Source: Malacoraja senta (lineage: Eukaryota). From it: a stretch of 64,000 bases of DNA. The translations under genes and the position numbers were made by a program. Below are positions 61,877 through 64,000 of the stretch, piece by piece (within the stretch, counting starts at the first letter, position 1; every line of letters starts with the position of its first letter). The stretch lies in contig CM075980.1 in NCBI GenBank assembly GCA_038087875.1, positions 51,336,001-51,400,000 of the forward strand, in the 5' to 3' direction. The notes below the pieces were generated by a model. The model did no database searches. It had not been told where the DNA came from and saw only the letters and a list, made by a program, of their open reading frames with translations.

Positions 61877-64000
61877 GATATTCAATATTCAGGAGGGATA
61901 GACAGAAAGGAAAAGGAGGTGGGGTAGCGTTGCTGGTTAGAGAGGAGATTAACGCAGTGGAAAGGAAGGACATTAGCTTGGAGGATGTGGAATCGGTATG
62001 GGTAGAGCTGCAAAACACTAAGGGGCAGAAAACGCTGGTGGGTGTTGTGTACAGGCCACCTAGCAGTAGTAGTGAAGTTGGGGATGGCATCAAACAGGAA
62101 ATTAGAAATGCGTGCAACAAAGGCAAAACAGTTATAATGGGTGACTTCAATCTACATATAGATTGGGTGAATCAAATTGGCAGGGGTGCTGAGGAAGAGG
62201 ATTTCTTGGAATGTATGCGGGATAGTTATCTAAACCAACATGTAGAGGAACCAACGAGAGAGCAGGCTATTCTAGACTGGGTATTGAGTAATGAGGAAGG
62301 GTTAGTTAGCAGTCTTGTTGTGCGTGCCCCCTTGGACAAGAGTGACCATAATATGGTTGAGTTCTTCATTAGGATGGAGAGTGACATTGTTAATTCAGAA
62401 ACAACGGTTCTGAACTTAAAGAAAGGTAACTTTGAGGGTATGAGACGTGAATTGGCCAAGATTGACTGGCAATTAGTTCTAAAAGGGTTGACGGTGGATA
62501 TGCAATCGAAGGCATTTAAAGACTGCATGGATGAACTACAACAAGTGTTCATCCCAGTTTGGCAAAAGAATAAATCAGGGAAGGTAGTGCATCCGTGGAT
62601 AACAAGGGAAATCAGGGATAGTATCAAAACAAAAGATGAAGCATAAAAATTAGCCAGAAAAAGCAGCCTACCAGAGGACTGGGAGAAATTCAGAGTCCAG
62701 CAGAGGAGGACAAACGGCTTAATTAGGAAAGGGAAAATAGATTATGAAAGAAAACTGGCAGGGAACATAAAAACTGACTGCAAAAGTTTGTATAGATATG
62801 TGAAGAGAAAAATATTCGTTAAAACAAATGTAGGTCCCTTGCAGTCAGAAACAGGCGAATTGATCATGGGGAACAAGGACATGGCAGACCAATTGAATAA
62901 CTACTTTGGTTCTGTCTTCACTAAGGAAGACATAAATAATCTGCCGGAAATAGCAGGGGACCGGGCGTCAAATGAGATGGAGGAACTTAGTGAAATGCAG
63001 GTTAGCCAGGAAGTGGTGTTAGGTAAATTGAATGGATTAAAGGCTGATAAATCCCCAGGGCCAGATAGGCTGCATCCCAGAGTACTTAAGGAAGTAGCCC
63101 CAGAAATAGTGGATGCATTAGTGATAATTTTTCAAAACTCTTTAGATTCTGGAGTAGTTCCTGAGGATTGGAGGGTAGCTAATGTAACCCCACTTTTTAA
63201 AAAGGGAGGGAGAGAGAAAACGGGGAATTACAGACCAATTAGTCTAACATCGGTAGTGGGGAAACTGCTAGAGTCAGTTATTAAAGATGGGATAGCAGCA
63301 CATTTGGAAAGTGGTGAAATCATTGGACAAAGTCAGCATGGGTTTATGAAAGGGAAATCATGTCTGACGAGTCTTATAGAATTTTTCGAGGATGTAACTA
63401 GTAGAGTGGATAAGGGAGAACCAGTGGATGTGTTATATCTGGACTTTCAGAAGGCTTTCGACAAGGTCCCACATAAGAGATTAGTATACAAACTTAAAGC
63501 ACACGGTATTGGGGGTTCAGTATTGATGTGGATAGAGAACTGGCTAGCAGACAGGAAGCAAAGAGTAGGAGTAAACGGGTCCTTTTCACAATGGCAGGCA
63601 GTGACTAGTGGGGTACCGCAAGGCTCAGTGCTGGGACCCCAGCTATTTACAATATATATTAATGATTTGGACGAGGGAATTGAATGCAACATTTCCAAGT
63701 TTGCGGATGACACGAAGCTGGGAGGCAGTGTTAGCTGTGAGGAGGATGCAAGGAGGCTGCAAGGTGACTTGGATAGGCTGGGTGAGTGGGCAAATGCATG
63801 GCAGATGCAGTTTAATGTGGATAAATGTGAGGTTATCCACTTTGGTGGCAAAAACAGGAAAGTAGACTATTATCTGAATGGTGGCCGATTAAGAAAAGGG
63901 GAGATGCAACGAGACCTGGGTGTCATGGTACACCAGTCATTGAAAGTAGGCATGCAGGTGCAGCAGGCAGTGAAGAAAGCGAATGGTATGTTAGGATTCA
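61876..64000 (+). mobile_element. Young CR1 LINE ORF2 (APE endonuclease + RT), one premature stop, runs off the window
   Basis: EN motifs VGVVYRPP, IMGDFN, ILDWVL, SDHNMV; TAA at 62644-62646, then the same frame continues through KSPGPD, YRPISL, GVPQGSVLGP, KFADD; nearly identical to 47977-48800. Confidence 0.93.

Overview
Eukaryotic, repeat-saturated genomic DNA with no recognisable host protein-coding exon, probably intronic or intergenic. The repeat families (HE1/V-SINE-like tRNA SINE, CR1, Rex1/Babar, Neptune-type Penelope) point to a cartilaginous fish, probably a skate or ray; this is an inference. Main contents: (1) A 5'-truncated but young Penelope-like element (PLE; RT + Cys-rich linker + GIY-YIG, 3456-5748) with a 9-bp TSD, ending in a minimal hammerhead-ribozyme (HHR) motif. 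(2) Roughly 35 further copies, counted by eye, of that ~120-nt HHR-bearing terminal unit. They occur as solo inserts, tandem pairs and ~200-250-bp inverted (palindromic) dimers, many with their own 7-21-bp TSDs, and look like a non-autonomous ribozyme-carrying mobile family. (3) Two young, nearly identical CR1 LINE copies (47977-49434; 61876-end) plus many CR1 3' tails. (4) About 20 tRNA-derived V-domain SINEs whose tail matches a CR1-type LINE tail. (5) Two hAT MITEs with 8-bp TSDs and two PIF/Harbinger-like MITEs with TAA TSDs. (6) Rex1/Babar, L2 and Tx1-like fragments. Most short ORFs in the track are chance ORFs inside repeats. Boundaries of degenerate repeats are approximate.
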